Positions 1 through 10,645 of a stretch of 32,000 nt of DNA are shown in pieces. Origin of the DNA: Candidatus Saccharimonadota bacterium (GTDB lineage: Bacteria; Patescibacteriota; Microgenomatia; UBA1406; GWC2-37-13); NCBI GenBank assembly GCA_001790095.1, contig MGBH01000001.1, forward strand, positions 510,001 through 542,000, written 5' to 3'. Below the pieces are notes generated by a model. The model searched no databases, was not told the DNA's origin, and saw only the letters and a list, made by a program, of their open reading frames with translations. The translations under genes and the position numbers were made by a program. Numbering within the stretch: the first letter of the stretch is position 1; every line of letters begins with the position of its first letter.

Positions 1-1239
1 CCCAACCTTGGTTTTTTTACCCCTATATCCTTTGCTCTTATAACTTTTCTTTTTATCATTAGTATATTTGGAACTGGACTGCCGTCATCAAAAGTCCACT
101 CTATAGCTGAGACATGCTTTGTTCTCCTCTTTTATGCTTGCATCTACTATGGAGGATTATATCAAAATAGTTTAAGTACGTTAATAGGCAGTATTACTTT
201 ATCTTTTATAGTTGTTTTATTGGTTTTATCATACTTTTTTATTAAAAATAAAATCGATTTACTTTTTATTATTCTTCTTTTTTATATTGCTCTCTCTTTC
301 TGGACACTAATCGGCTCACCAAAACCACTCGTTGACACGTTTGATGTTTTTCGTGAGGTCGCCGGAAAGATCATAAGCGGTGTTAATCCTTACTCTGCAG
401 ATTTTTCAAGGACATATGCAGGAATAGACAACCATTTTCATTATCTTCCGTTCAGTTTCGTGTTTACTACACCATTTATGCTTATATTTGGAGATCCCAG
501 AATAGCCATAATATTTGCCAATATTGTATCTGTACTGTGTCTTAGAAAAATATTTATGGACAGATTTGAAAAAAAGGATTTAAATCTTTTACTTGCTACT
601 TTTTTATTTTTGCCTCGCTCATTTTACATACTTGAACATATGTATTTAGACCCTATTATTTTTATGTTTTTTCTTCTTTTTTACTTTAGTATGTTAAAAA
701 AGAAAAGAAGATTTGCCATGATGTCACTTGGCTTATTTTTTTCATTCAAACAAAATCTGCTTATACTATTTCCACTTTTTCTCTTGAACTCTTTGGTCCG
801 ACAATATCTTAAAAAAGAAATTCTATTTTTTTTAATGCCTTTTGCTCTTATAATTTTGTTTATAATTCTAAATCCCCCTTCATTTCTTATGCTCACATTT
901 TTATCAATGTTTGGGGCAGTTTTTTATCCAGGTGCTCCAAAAAGTACACCGACCCACATAGCGCTCAGCTTCCAAGTGTTTATCAGATATGTTTTTCCAA
1001 ACATCAAAACCGCTTATCTCTATGTAATCTCAATATTATTATTAACCGTCGTTTATCTACGGGTTTTTGCACAAAAAAAGTATCGATTTATTGAGCGATT
1101 TGCTCTTATACTATTTGCTTTCGGGTATTTCATGCATCTTAGTTTTTTTAATCAATACTACTTTTTAGCCTTATTTTATTTCTTTAATTTTATGTTTGAA
1201 CAATCTTCCGGTCAAAAGAAAGATCAATCCTTCATATAG
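1..1239 (+). CDS. Polytopic membrane protein, candidate GT-C-type glycosyltransferase (DUF2029/GT87-like); 5' end cut by the window edge
   Basis: Frame 1 has no stop codon from base 1 to the TTG at 220 that the ORF track uses as start, so the gene most likely begins left of the window. The protein has many hydrophobic segments. The loop motif DTFDVFREVAGKIISGVNPY...YLPFSF resembles the first-loop motif of DUF2029/PIG-M-type mannosyltransferases. The ORF ends at 1239. Confidence 0.5.
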   Translation, partial: PNLGFFTPISFALITFLFIISIFGTGLPSSKVHSIAETCFVLLFYACIYYGGLYQNSLSTLIGSITLSFIVVLLVLSYFFIKNKIDLLFIILLFYIALSFWTLIGSPKPLVDTFDVFREVAGKIISGVNPYSADFSRTYAGIDNHFHYLPFSFVFTTPFMLIFGDPRIAIIFANIVSVLCLRKIFMDRFEKKDLNLLLATFLFLPRSFYILEHMYLDPIIFMFFLLFYFSMLKKKRRFAMMSLGLFFSFKQNLLILFPLFLLNSLVRQYLKKEILFFLMPFALIILFIILNPPSFLMLTFLSMFGAVFYPGAPKSTPTHIALSFQVFIRYVFPNIKTAYLYVISILLLTVVYLRVFAQKKYRFIERFALILFAFGYFMHLSFFNQYYFLALFYFFNFMFEQSSGQKKDQSFI

Positions 1240-2121
1240 TCCTCGAAAATACCAATATAAAGAAATATACATACCTGTTCTCAAAAAAGTGATTACATAA
1301 TAAGATAAACGGATACAAAACTGACCTAAAGTCTGCGACATCTGTAAGAGGGGATTAGAAAATGATTTGATTATGATAAATGGATTTCGCGCAAAAAAAT
1401 AAGAACGAAGGGGCGTCATTAGATTTGATCCAATTTCCCCTGTGGTAGCTGATACCTTATGTAAAACTAATGACTGTTTTAATACATAGGTTAAAAAGCC
1501 TTTATCGTATGCTTTTAAGCAAAAATCAAGGTCTTCAAAATAATAACCGAATCGTCGATCAAGTAACCCTACTTTTTTAAAAACAGATGATCTTATCATC
1601 ATAGAGCAGCCTGTAACAAAATCTGTATAGCTGTTAGTGGAGGATTCTACATCATCGCCCATTTTAACGTGTTGGGTGAAACAAAAAGTTCGATTAAATT
1701 TACCTCCTGCAAACCATATCTTTCGAGGGTGCTTGTAGTAGGCAATAGTTGGGGATACTATACCCACATCCTTTTTTTTCTCAAGAAGGGTTGTAAGACG
1801 TGAGATAAGATTTTTATTGACAACAGTGTCATCATTAAGTAAAAGAATATAATCGCATTTTTTTTTAAGAAGGTATCTAATCCCAAGATTGTTACTATTT
1901 GCATATCCGTCGTTTTTTCTCCGATTGATAGTAGTGACTATAGATGGATATTCTCTTAGTAGTTTGGGGGTTTTATCTTTAGAGTTGTTATCCACTACAA
2001 TTATCTGCATTTTGGCTCTATTTTTAAGCAATGAGTCCAGACAACCTTTGATATTATCCTGTCCATTGTGTGTTAGGATAACCACACCAACGCGCTTGTT
2101 TTCTTTTAGTTTTTGTAGCAT
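1171..2121 (-). CDS. Family 2 glycosyltransferase (rhamnosyltransferase-like GT2)
   Basis: N-terminal GT-A signature VGVVILTHNG...IIVVDNNSKDKT, then LLLNDDTVV and GCSMMIRSSVFKKVGLLDRRFGYYFEDLDFCLKA. The start overlaps the upstream methyltransferase gene by 16 nt, suggesting an operon. The 3' end overlaps the convergent gene 1-1239 by 69 nt. Confidence 0.85.
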   Translation of the reverse strand: MLQKLKENKRVGVVILTHNGQDNIKGCLDSLLKNRAKMQIIVVDNNSKDKTPKLLREYPSIVTTINRRKNDGYANSNNLGIRYLLKKKCDYILLLNDDTVVNKNLISRLTTLLEKKKDVGIVSPTIAYYKHPRKIWFAGGKFNRTFCFTQHVKMGDDVESSTNSYTDFVTGCSMMIRSSVFKKVGLLDRRFGYYFEDLDFCLKAYDKGFLTYVLKQSLVLHKVSATTGEIGSNLMTPLRSYFFARNPFIIIKSFSNPLLQMSQTLGQFCIRLSYYVITFLRTGMYISLYWYFRGLYEGLIFLLTGRLFKHKIKEIK

Positions 2122-2840
2122 ACTGCGATAAAATATAAGTAATCGTGTGTTGCTTTTTTGTTAATCTTTATTATGTTTAGTTTTTCCCATGGTCTTATAC
2201 GCAATAAAGGTAAAAAAACTGATGGTAAATATCGTTTAAGGAATAAATAAAAAGAAATAATGGGTTTAATAACCTTTCTTTGTCCAAAGTAATATTTTTT
2301 TCCAGGAAAGTACTGTTCTAAGATGTTTGTGAATTCACTAAACGTATACTCTTTTAAATGATAAGGATTATCCTCAAGTGAGCAATGTTTATTGGGAGTA
2401 GAAATAATACATATTCCAGTCCTTTTTAGCAATCTGTACATCTCCTTTAAGAAAAGTTTCGGCTTACTTAGATGCTCTATAGTTTCAAATGAAACAACAA
2501 CATCGATTAAGCAGTTTGCAACCGACAGTTTTGCAGCATCTGTGCAAATATAATTTATATTATCATGAGGATATCTTTTTTTTGCATAAGAAATAGTCTT
2601 GCTGTCACAATCAGCTGCGTAGACTTTTTTTGCACCACTATTTGCGATGATATACGATCCATACCCGCTTCCGCATGCAACATCAAGCACTGTCTTTCCT
2701 TTGATGTATTTGCTGACAAATTGATATCTTAGGACATGCTCTTGAAGCAGCCGTTTAGAATATGGGGGTATTTTGTCCGGAATTATTCTTTCTAGATCTG
2801 CAATTATTTTAGTCTTTTTGTCGATGTTATCACTTCCCAT
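2106..2840 (-). CDS. Class I SAM-dependent methyltransferase
   Basis: Motif I VLDVACGSGYGS, followed by KVYAADCD and the post-motif VVSFETIEHL typical of Methyltransf_11/23-type enzymes. It overlaps both flanking GT2 genes. Confidence 0.8.
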   Translation of the reverse strand: MGSDNIDKKTKIIADLERIIPDKIPPYSKRLLQEHVLRYQFVSKYIKGKTVLDVACGSGYGSYIIANSGAKKVYAADCDSKTISYAKKRYPHDNINYICTDAAKLSVANCLIDVVVSFETIEHLSKPKLFLKEMYRLLKRTGICIISTPNKHCSLEDNPYHLKEYTFSEFTNILEQYFPGKKYYFGQRKVIKPIISFYLFLKRYLPSVFLPLLRIRPWEKLNIIKINKKATHDYLYFIAVCYKN

Positions 2841-3733
2841 ATAGTATGGTCTTTTAGTTTAAATCTATAATCCACATATCCAAGTACTCGACTAATAAGT
2901 TCAAGTAAGATTGTACCGATAAGATATAGCAAAAAAGTAGGAGATAGCCTTATATTTTTTAAAATACATTTTAGAACCATAAAGTTATCTAGCGTTGACA
3001 CGGAGTAGCTATATTCGTATTTTGTTGCAATATGACCGACATAGATTCTTCTTCTAGCTGTAATAAAATCTGAGATTGATGATGGCCCTTTGTTGTAAAC
3101 AATTGCTCTTGGCTCATAAACCGCTTTATAACCTTGACCCTTTATAAGTGACTCTATGTTTACTTCATCTACTACAGATGAGTCAGAGATTTTCTTAAAG
3201 ACTCTTCTAAATGCTATCATTTCTCCCATCTTTGGATTTTTCAGTGATATTTGATGATGGAGATCCCATAGAAGGTGTACTGCAAATCCAAGAAATGTGT
3301 TTTTATCGTTCATGGGTATTGGGTGAGATCCAACGATACCAACTTTTTTATTATAAAAATGTTTTACCAGAAATTCTAAAGACTTCTCAGTCGGCATCAA
3401 ATCTGCGCTTATAAGTACAATGATTTCTTTAGTTGCTTGAACTAGAAATTTATTTATTGCATGTGCCTTACCTCTTCTTTTTTTTTCATTTATAAAAGAA
3501 AGTTTTCTGTGGGTTTTAGCAAAAGATTTAATAAACTTATTTGTTTGATCTGTTGATCCGCTTGAGACGACTATTATGTCTTTAATGTATCTCCAATAGC
3601 TTTGCTTACGAAGAGATTTCAATAAATTAAGAATGTTTTGTTCTTCATTGTGGCACATGATACCAACCGAAAAGAATAAATGTCTCCTCTTTTTTATTTT
3701 CATTCGTATTGATTTTGCAAAAGTACTTTGCAT
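2804..3733 (-). CDS. Family 2 glycosyltransferase
   Basis: FSVGIMCHNEEQNILNLLKSL...IIVVSSGSTDQTN...KAHAINKF...LISADLMP matches the GT2 GT-A fold pattern. It is the first gene of the minus-strand GT2-MTase-GT2 string. Confidence 0.8.
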   Translation of the reverse strand: MQSTFAKSIRMKIKKRRHLFFSVGIMCHNEEQNILNLLKSLRKQSYWRYIKDIIVVSSGSTDQTNKFIKSFAKTHRKLSFINEKKRRGKAHAINKFLVQATKEIIVLISADLMPTEKSLEFLVKHFYNKKVGIVGSHPIPMNDKNTFLGFAVHLLWDLHHQISLKNPKMGEMIAFRRVFKKISDSSVVDEVNIESLIKGQGYKAVYEPRAIVYNKGPSSISDFITARRRIYVGHIATKYEYSYSVSTLDNFMVLKCILKNIRLSPTFLLYLIGTILLELISRVLGYVDYRFKLKDHTIWEVITSTKRLK

Positions 3734-3756
3734 TATAAATGATTATGATCTAAAAT
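3728..3756 (+). promoter_or_regulatory. Sigma70-like promoter of the pilin gene (TTGCAT-17 nt-TAAAAT)
   Basis: TTGCAT at 3728-3733, a 17-nt spacer, TAAAAT at 3751-3756, then 6 nt (gaaagc) to the ATG at 3763 with no Shine-Dalgarno. The -35 hexamer contains the CAT (3731-3733) that is the start codon of the divergent GT2 gene. Confidence 0.45.
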
Positions 3757-3762
3757 GAAAGC

Positions 3763-4287
3763 ATGAAGACACAAAAAGGATTTACTTTGATTGAACTTCT
3801 AGTAATTATCATAATTTTAGGCATTCTAGCAGCATTAATCTCTGGTAATTTTTTAAGCTCTCTGCAAAAAGGTAGAGATTCAAAACGAAAGAATGACCTT
3901 GTTCAGATTCAACGTGCCCTAGAGCTGTACTATGATGATCATAAAGCTTATCCTTCTGCTGCACCACCTTTTGGATCAAAGTTTTGCTCTTCACCCAACT
4001 GTCCAACAAACTCTAAGGTTTACATGATAAGAACTCCTAACGACCCAAACAGCTCATACACCTATTCATATTCTATTGATTCAAATAGGCAGTATTATTA
4101 TCTGTTTTCCTGCATTGAAAACTATCTTAATGATTCGGGGGCAGGGGTAAGCCGTAATGGATACTGTGAAGCGGCAGAACCTAATCCATGCGGCACTGCA
4201 CCTACATGTGGAGACTGTGGAAGATGCAAATTTGTAGTTGGGAGTGCAAACGCACTTCCACTACCTACTATGGTAACTCCTGAGTAA
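3763..4287 (+). CDS. Type IV pilin / pseudopilin-like protein (prepilin N-terminal cleavage/methylation domain)
   Basis: MKTQKGFTLIELLVIIIILGILAALI is the classic prepilin leader: G|FTLIE followed by a hydrophobic helix. DSKRKNDLVQIQRALELYY follows as in many pilins. The C-terminal region is Cys-rich (CSSPNC, SC, C-x9-C-x6-C-x2-C-x2-C). Confidence 0.85.
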   Translation: MKTQKGFTLIELLVIIIILGILAALISGNFLSSLQKGRDSKRKNDLVQIQRALELYYDDHKAYPSAAPPFGSKFCSSPNCPTNSKVYMIRTPNDPNSSYTYSYSIDSNRQYYYLFSCIENYLNDSGAGVSRNGYCEAAEPNPCGTAPTCGDCGRCKFVVGSANALPLPTMVTPE

Positions 4288-4299
4288 GGCGATATTTTC

Positions 4300-6480
4300 C
4301 TATAGTTTCTCTAATTCGTTTTGAACTTGGATATTGTTTGGACTTATGTTCTTCAGTATAAACTCATATATCTTTTTTGCTTCTTCTTTCTTATGGTATT
4401 TTGCTAATAGCTGTGCTTTCAAGTAATGGCTTTCAAAATAATCATTTTTTAATCGAATTGACTCTTCGATAGTTTTAAGTGATTTATTTTGCAGTTTAAA
4501 TTTTTCTATTGAATCTTTTTCTTCATCGTATAAAAGAGAGTAGTAGGTAGATAAGAAATAGGGAATTTTAGCGTCTGTTGGAGCAATTTTTTGTGCCTCA
4601 CTGAGTGTTTGTATTCCGTTTATCAGATATTGTTTGTTTAGCGAGATTTGATAAAAAAGGTATTGATTTTTAATCCGTGTCTTAAGATATAAAATGTTTT
4701 GAGAAGACGCATTTAGAGAGCTTTTATTATATTGTTCAGATGCATTTAATAGTTCGTCTGCCAACCGAGTATCTTTTTGATACGAGGCAATAAATGCTAA
4801 ATTCGCCAAATAGTATGAAAGCTTGTCCTCATAAACATGTTCTTTATGTAACTCTAGGGCTCGGGTTAAAAGTGAGGTGGCGCTTTGATAATCGTTCGCC
4901 TTTGCATGATTTTCTGCCATGGCATATTTAGTATCCGCAATCCAATATGTCACAAAGAACTGAAGAAGAAACAATCCAATAAGCGCTACAAAACCAATAC
5001 CCGCCAAGATGTTTCCTTGTGTGTTTGGTAATGCTTGACTACCCTTTAAGGAGTCTTTTGTTTGGTTTTTTGTTAATTCAAGATAATAAAGAATTGCAGG
5101 GATAGTATAGAAATACAGATTGATGACTGTGGTGGAAAACCCAAAGAAATTAGTGACTAGTATAGTACTCCAAGATGCAAGGAGAATGATTTGTAAAAAG
5201 GGAGTCTGGGGATTTGCTTGTTTTTTTGCAGTTGTTGAACGTATGATCCAGTAAAGACCTAATAACACGATAGCAAATATAAACAAGAGGTATGTGCCGA
5301 CACCTAAAATACCCGTTGTAGCATAAAAATTTAGATATTCATTATGAGCTTTGTTATAAAGATAGTCCCACTCTGAAGTAAGATTGTGCTCGATTGGTCT
5401 CACAAAATAATAGGAATATGCAAATGTTTCAACACCCGTACCAAAAAGTGGATACTGAGAACCAAGGTTTATTGCTCCTTTCCATACTACCTTCCTAATA
5501 TCAAGGGAGTCGGATATCTTTGAAGGCGCTGCTTTTGTAATCTTATTTTCTCCTTCGCTTGTTTTTGCGGGTGGTGCTTTTTTAAAATAGTTTTGATAGG
5601 TACTAAAGGCAAAAAATCTGTCAATTGAACTTATACCTGTTTTGCAGATTGGTATCAAAAGCATCATTGAGATGATAAGGATACCAAGCTTTTTTTTTAA
5701 GAAAAATAAATGGAGATGCTTCCTCCAGTATATAATCCACATAAGGAGTAATAAGAACGAAACGTAGACCGAGATAATTGAGGATCGAGAATTGGTAAAA
5801 AAAATGGCGATCAATGTCAGAATGGAAAATGAAAAACTAAGTAGGTTCGTATTCCTTTTAATGGAGGTAAGATAAAAGTAGATCGTAATAAAAAAAGTTA
5901 TGCCAAGATATGCACCCAACCAATTGGGTTGTCCCAGTGTAGAAAACATGCGAGCTGCAGGATCAAACTGCGAAGTCCAGCAGCTATTATCCCATTTGCC
6001 GGTAAATATAAGACAAGAGAGGTCTTTATCTATCCTACCTGGCAACCCCCACAATATGACGATTGCGGAAGAAATAAGTGTGACTTTAAGTAGCCCTAAG
6101 ATCGTCTGCATTTTTCCCTCTTCCTCATCTAAAAAGGTAATAAAACTGTAGTAAAGTAAAAAGTAGGTGACTTGCGAAAGTAATCCGCCGTTAAATCTTC
6201 CATAATAACCAAAAATTGAGGTATGAAGATCAATTGAAAAAATGGTGGATATTACCTGTGATATAAAAAATAGTCCGATAAAGATATCAAAGGGTGTTCT
6301 CCTTATATAAAACTTACCTGTCTGTATCATCCGCACACACCAAACACTCAAGATTGCTGTAACAACAATATAGATCGTTATCATTTTGTTAAATTCAAAA
6401 AGCTCGCTTGTTCCAGAAAACATGACAAGTGGAGTAACAAAAAATAAGAAGTAATAAAGATATTTTTGTAGGGTGCGCAT
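4300..6480 (-). CDS. O-antigen ligase/polymerase family (Wzy_C) membrane protein with C-terminal TPR-like repeats
   Basis: Polytopic N-terminal two thirds with the Wzy_C-type motif NKAHNEYLNFYATTGILG. The last ~200 aa are helical repeats (AMAENHAKANDYQSATSLLTRALEL..., YLKAQLLAKYHKKEEAKKIYEFIL) typical of TPR. Confidence 0.75.
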   Translation of the reverse strand: MRTLQKYLYYFLFFVTPLVMFSGTSELFEFNKMITIYIVVTAILSVWCVRMIQTGKFYIRRTPFDIFIGLFFISQVISTIFSIDLHTSIFGYYGRFNGGLLSQVTYFLLYYSFITFLDEEEGKMQTILGLLKVTLISSAIVILWGLPGRIDKDLSCLIFTGKWDNSCWTSQFDPAARMFSTLGQPNWLGAYLGITFFITIYFYLTSIKRNTNLLSFSFSILTLIAIFFTNSRSSIISVYVSFLLLLMWIIYWRKHLHLFFLKKKLGILIISMMLLIPICKTGISSIDRFFAFSTYQNYFKKAPPAKTSEGENKITKAAPSKISDSLDIRKVVWKGAINLGSQYPLFGTGVETFAYSYYFVRPIEHNLTSEWDYLYNKAHNEYLNFYATTGILGVGTYLLFIFAIVLLGLYWIIRSTTAKKQANPQTPFLQIILLASWSTILVTNFFGFSTTVINLYFYTIPAILYYLELTKNQTKDSLKGSQALPNTQGNILAGIGFVALIGLFLLQFFVTYWIADTKYAMAENHAKANDYQSATSLLTRALELHKEHVYEDKLSYYLANLAFIASYQKDTRLADELLNASEQYNKSSLNASSQNILYLKTRIKNQYLFYQISLNKQYLINGIQTLSEAQKIAPTDAKIPYFLSTYYSLLYDEEKDSIEKFKLQNKSLKTIEESIRLKNDYFESHYLKAQLLAKYHKKEEAKKIYEFILKNISPNNIQVQNELEKL

Positions 6481-6483
6481 ATT

Positions 6484-7674
6484 TTATTGTATCAAAAAAT
6501 AAGTAAGAAGAAGGCTGTTCCAAATAAAACAAATCGATAAATATATAAACGCTTTTTTATTGAATATACTGATAACGTATGCTAATCCAAAAGAAAAAAA
6601 GGGAACAGCGGAAATAAAGAATCGGTTACCAAAACCAGCAGGAATTATACCTGTCCAAATACTTATAAATACTATATATGTGATTATGGTTATAAGAAAT
6701 AAAGTAGCTATCTTTCTGTACTTTACTTTTTTCCTCATGAATATAAAGGCTGCTAAACTGGGTATAAAAATTGGAGACCAAAGCAAGAATCCTCCTGCAG
6801 GTGAAAACAGATGGATCAATAGTGAGGAAATTGAAATAAAAGTAAATGTACCCTTTTCGCCTTGAAGATATGGATTTTGAAAAGGATTTCCATACATAAA
6901 ATACTGCAAAATAAGCTGAGGTGTCACTGCGATCAATAACGCAATCAGAAAAAGCCCTAAGTTTACAAGCCTTCTTTCTTTAATCCATGAATAAAAAACG
7001 ATTAATAAGGTTGGTACTAATAAAACTACATCTCCAATCCTTGTGATGAAAAGAAGACCAAAAATCAAACCCATACATAGGCTTTTTTTTACTTCTTTGT
7101 ATCCTCTTTGGTATAAAAATATAAAAAGACATACTAAAAGATAGGCGGGTTGGTGTGATAGGGCCGGTTCAAAGGTAGAATAATAAAATAGTTGAGAGGC
7201 TGTAAAAAGAGCAATTATAGTTATGGAAGAAGTTTTTGAGTCAAAATACTTCTTTAAGAATAACTCAAGCAACCTTAGTCCAAATAAGACAAGGAGTATA
7301 CCTATAGTCCCGCAAACTGCTTCGTAAATCGGATGAAACATATACGTATGAGAGTACAAAATAAGGTTAACTATTGAAGTTAAAAATATTGCCGGTATCC
7401 AAAATAATGCTGTTCCAATAAGCCAAGGACAGTTATTTACGTAAGTATTTGTATTACTTGTGTCCCAGAAAACTCTACTAAAAACATAGTGAGCCCCTTG
7501 GAAGTGAGAAAGGTGTTGATATATAGGTTTGAAATTTAATTTCCTTTGAAAAAAAAGAGTATGCGCAAGTGAGTAATAACCATTTCCATCTCCGTATATC
7601 CCATGTTTGGTAACTGCAAAATGTATTGAATATATGAATATTGATATGAAAAATAGTATGAGATATTTTTTCAT
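6484..7674 (-). CDS. Polytopic membrane protein, possible GT-C (ArnT/PMT-like) glycosyltransferase
   Basis: A 396-aa, very hydrophobic multi-pass protein with an acidic/aromatic first loop (HGIYGDGNGYYSLAHTLFF). It lies 3 nt upstream of the Wzy_C gene on the same strand. The family assignment is tentative. Confidence 0.4.
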   Translation of the reverse strand: MKKYLILFFISIFIYSIHFAVTKHGIYGDGNGYYSLAHTLFFQRKLNFKPIYQHLSHFQGAHYVFSRVFWDTSNTNTYVNNCPWLIGTALFWIPAIFLTSIVNLILYSHTYMFHPIYEAVCGTIGILLVLFGLRLLELFLKKYFDSKTSSITIIALFTASQLFYYSTFEPALSHQPAYLLVCLFIFLYQRGYKEVKKSLCMGLIFGLLFITRIGDVVLLVPTLLIVFYSWIKERRLVNLGLFLIALLIAVTPQLILQYFMYGNPFQNPYLQGEKGTFTFISISSLLIHLFSPAGGFLLWSPIFIPSLAAFIFMRKKVKYRKIATLFLITIITYIVFISIWTGIIPAGFGNRFFISAVPFFSFGLAYVISIFNKKAFIYLSICFIWNSLLLTYFLIQ

Positions 7675-7697
7675 GTATTTCGGTATAATAATAACAT

Positions 7698-8765
7698 ATG
7701 TTTGGTTTATTAAACCGCCTGAGCTCTATCCCAATACCCTTTTTCTCCAGCTTTAAAGCCTACTTTGACCTTGGTACTTCAACTACAAGAATTGCGGTAA
7801 AGGAAAAAGGGGTGGTTCTCAAAGAATCTACTTTTTTAGTCTATAATTCACAGTCTAAAGAATTTGTTTTTTTTGGCGATGAGGCCAAAAATATTATGGG
7901 GAAAACCCCGGAGTTTCTCAAAATAACAAGACCCATTATAAATGGAATCGTTTCTGACTTTGATGCTCAGGTCGCTTTAACAAATAGATTTATTGAAAAA
8001 TCAGTAAAGCCATACACGGAGAAAAATTTTATTTTGAAGCCTCCCCTTGAAGCACTAGCCGTATTCCCGGTCATCGCCACTGAGATCGAGCAGAAAGCTG
8101 TAGAGGAGGTCATTCTAAAAGCACAGTGTTCCTCAGTACTTCTCATAAAAAAACCCCTTGCAACGGCAGCCGGATGTGGATTAAACATTTTTTCTCACAA
8201 ACCCAATCTTATTTTAGATATGGGGGGAGGATTGATTGAGCTGAGCATCGTAAGCGGAGGTGGTATTGTTACTAACCGAACTTTAAAAAATGCAGGCGAA
8301 CATATGGATAAACTTATTGCAAATTATGTATATCTAAAGCATGGAGTCATCTTGGGTGAGGCAACTTGTGAACGACTGAAGATTGAGTGTTTCAATTTTA
8401 CCGGTGAAGAAAAGGTCATGCTTGTCAGAGGCAAGTCACTGGAAAACGGCCTCCCGAAATCGGTAAAGATAAAAACGGATGACATTCGAGAAGCGCTTCT
8501 TAACAATTTTATCCAGATAACTGATGCAGTGAAAGAGCTCATTGAGATATCTCCTCCTGAGGTGGTCGATGAAGTCTATGACTCAGGCATATTCATAACT
8601 GGTCGTCTTGCCTCTATCGAAGGCCTAGATAAGTTTCTTAGCACCGAGCTTAAAATCTCAGTAAACAGACCAAATCATTTTATGGATGCAACAATATACG
8701 GATTATCCCTTCTAGATAAAGAAAAGAATGCTGTTTACCGAGTCTCTTCATATTCGCGGAATTAA
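7698..8765 (+). CDS. mreB: Actin-like rod-shape protein MreB/Mbl family
   Basis: Phosphate-1 motif YFDLGTSTTRIAV, phosphate-2/adenosine motifs LILDMGGGLIELSIVSGGGIV, and GEHMD...; length 355 aa. Confidence 0.85.
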   Translation: MFGLLNRLSSIPIPFFSSFKAYFDLGTSTTRIAVKEKGVVLKESTFLVYNSQSKEFVFFGDEAKNIMGKTPEFLKITRPIINGIVSDFDAQVALTNRFIEKSVKPYTEKNFILKPPLEALAVFPVIATEIEQKAVEEVILKAQCSSVLLIKKPLATAAGCGLNIFSHKPNLILDMGGGLIELSIVSGGGIVTNRTLKNAGEHMDKLIANYVYLKHGVILGEATCERLKIECFNFTGEEKVMLVRGKSLENGLPKSVKIKTDDIREALLNNFIQITDAVKELIEISPPEVVDEVYDSGIFITGRLASIEGLDKFLSTELKISVNRPNHFMDATIYGLSLLDKEKNAVYRVSSYSRN

Positions 8766-8768
8766 CGC

Positions 8769-8797
8769 TTGACAATTACTAACTCAAGCGATAAAAT
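8769..8797 (+). promoter_or_regulatory. Near-consensus sigma70 promoter for the 16S rRNA gene (TTGACA-17 nt-TAAAAT)
   Basis: TTGACA at 8769-8774, an exact 17-nt spacer, TAAAAT at 8792-8797. It sits 4 nt after the mreB stop and about 130 nt upstream of the mature 16S 5' end. Confidence 0.6.
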
Positions 8798-8832
8798 GGA
8801 ATGTTGCTTTCTATTGTAAGCACTTTCTTTTT

Positions 8833-8845
8833 TGTTCTTTGAAAA
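8833..8845 (+). promoter_or_regulatory. boxA-like antitermination element in the rRNA leader
   Basis: TGTTCTTTGAAAA matches the E. coli rrn boxA TGCTCTTTAACAA at 10 of 13 positions. It lies between the promoter and the leader hairpin. Confidence 0.3.
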
Positions 8846-8874
8846 TTTATTTCAGCAGCAATGCACTGTATTTT

Positions 8875-8898
8875 TTTAGTTCGGTAAACGGGTTAGGA
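8875..8898 (+). other. 5' strand of the long-range pre-16S processing helix
   Basis: TTTAGTTCGGTAAACGGGTTAGGA pairs over 24 consecutive positions (21 Watson-Crick plus 3 G-U) with 10610-10633 downstream of the 16S. Confidence 0.6.
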
Positions 8899-8925
8899 CC
8901 CCTCCGATTCGGAGGGGACCTTAAT

Positions 8926-8931
<6 letters not shown>
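8895..8931 (+). terminator. Intrinsic-terminator-like hairpin plus T7 run inside the 16S leader
   Basis: Arms AGGACCCCTCC (8895-8905) and GGAGGGGACCT (8911-8921) form 10 bp with one A-A mismatch around the loop GATTC. They are followed by TAA and TTTTTTT (8925-8931), directly abutting AAGAGTTTGATCCTGGCTCAG. Confidence 0.35.
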
Positions 8932-10479
<1,548 letters not shown>

Positions 10480-10609
10480 CTTTTTTATTTTGTCTATTCA
10501 GTCGTAAGATTGGAAAAGTGAAATAAAAGTCCGTTTCTGCATTAGCAGATTCGGATTCCGTTAACGTAAACGGAGTTTCGTTTGACTGTACCGCATAAAC
10601 AGTCACTGT

Positions 10610-10633
10610 TCCTAGCCCGTTTATTGAACTAAA
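10610..10633 (+). other. 3' strand of the long-range pre-16S processing helix
   Basis: TCCTAGCCCGTTTATTGAACTAAA is complementary to 8875-8898. The three differences from perfect complementarity all give G-U pairs. Confidence 0.6.
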
Positions 10634-10645
10634 TACTGATTGCCT

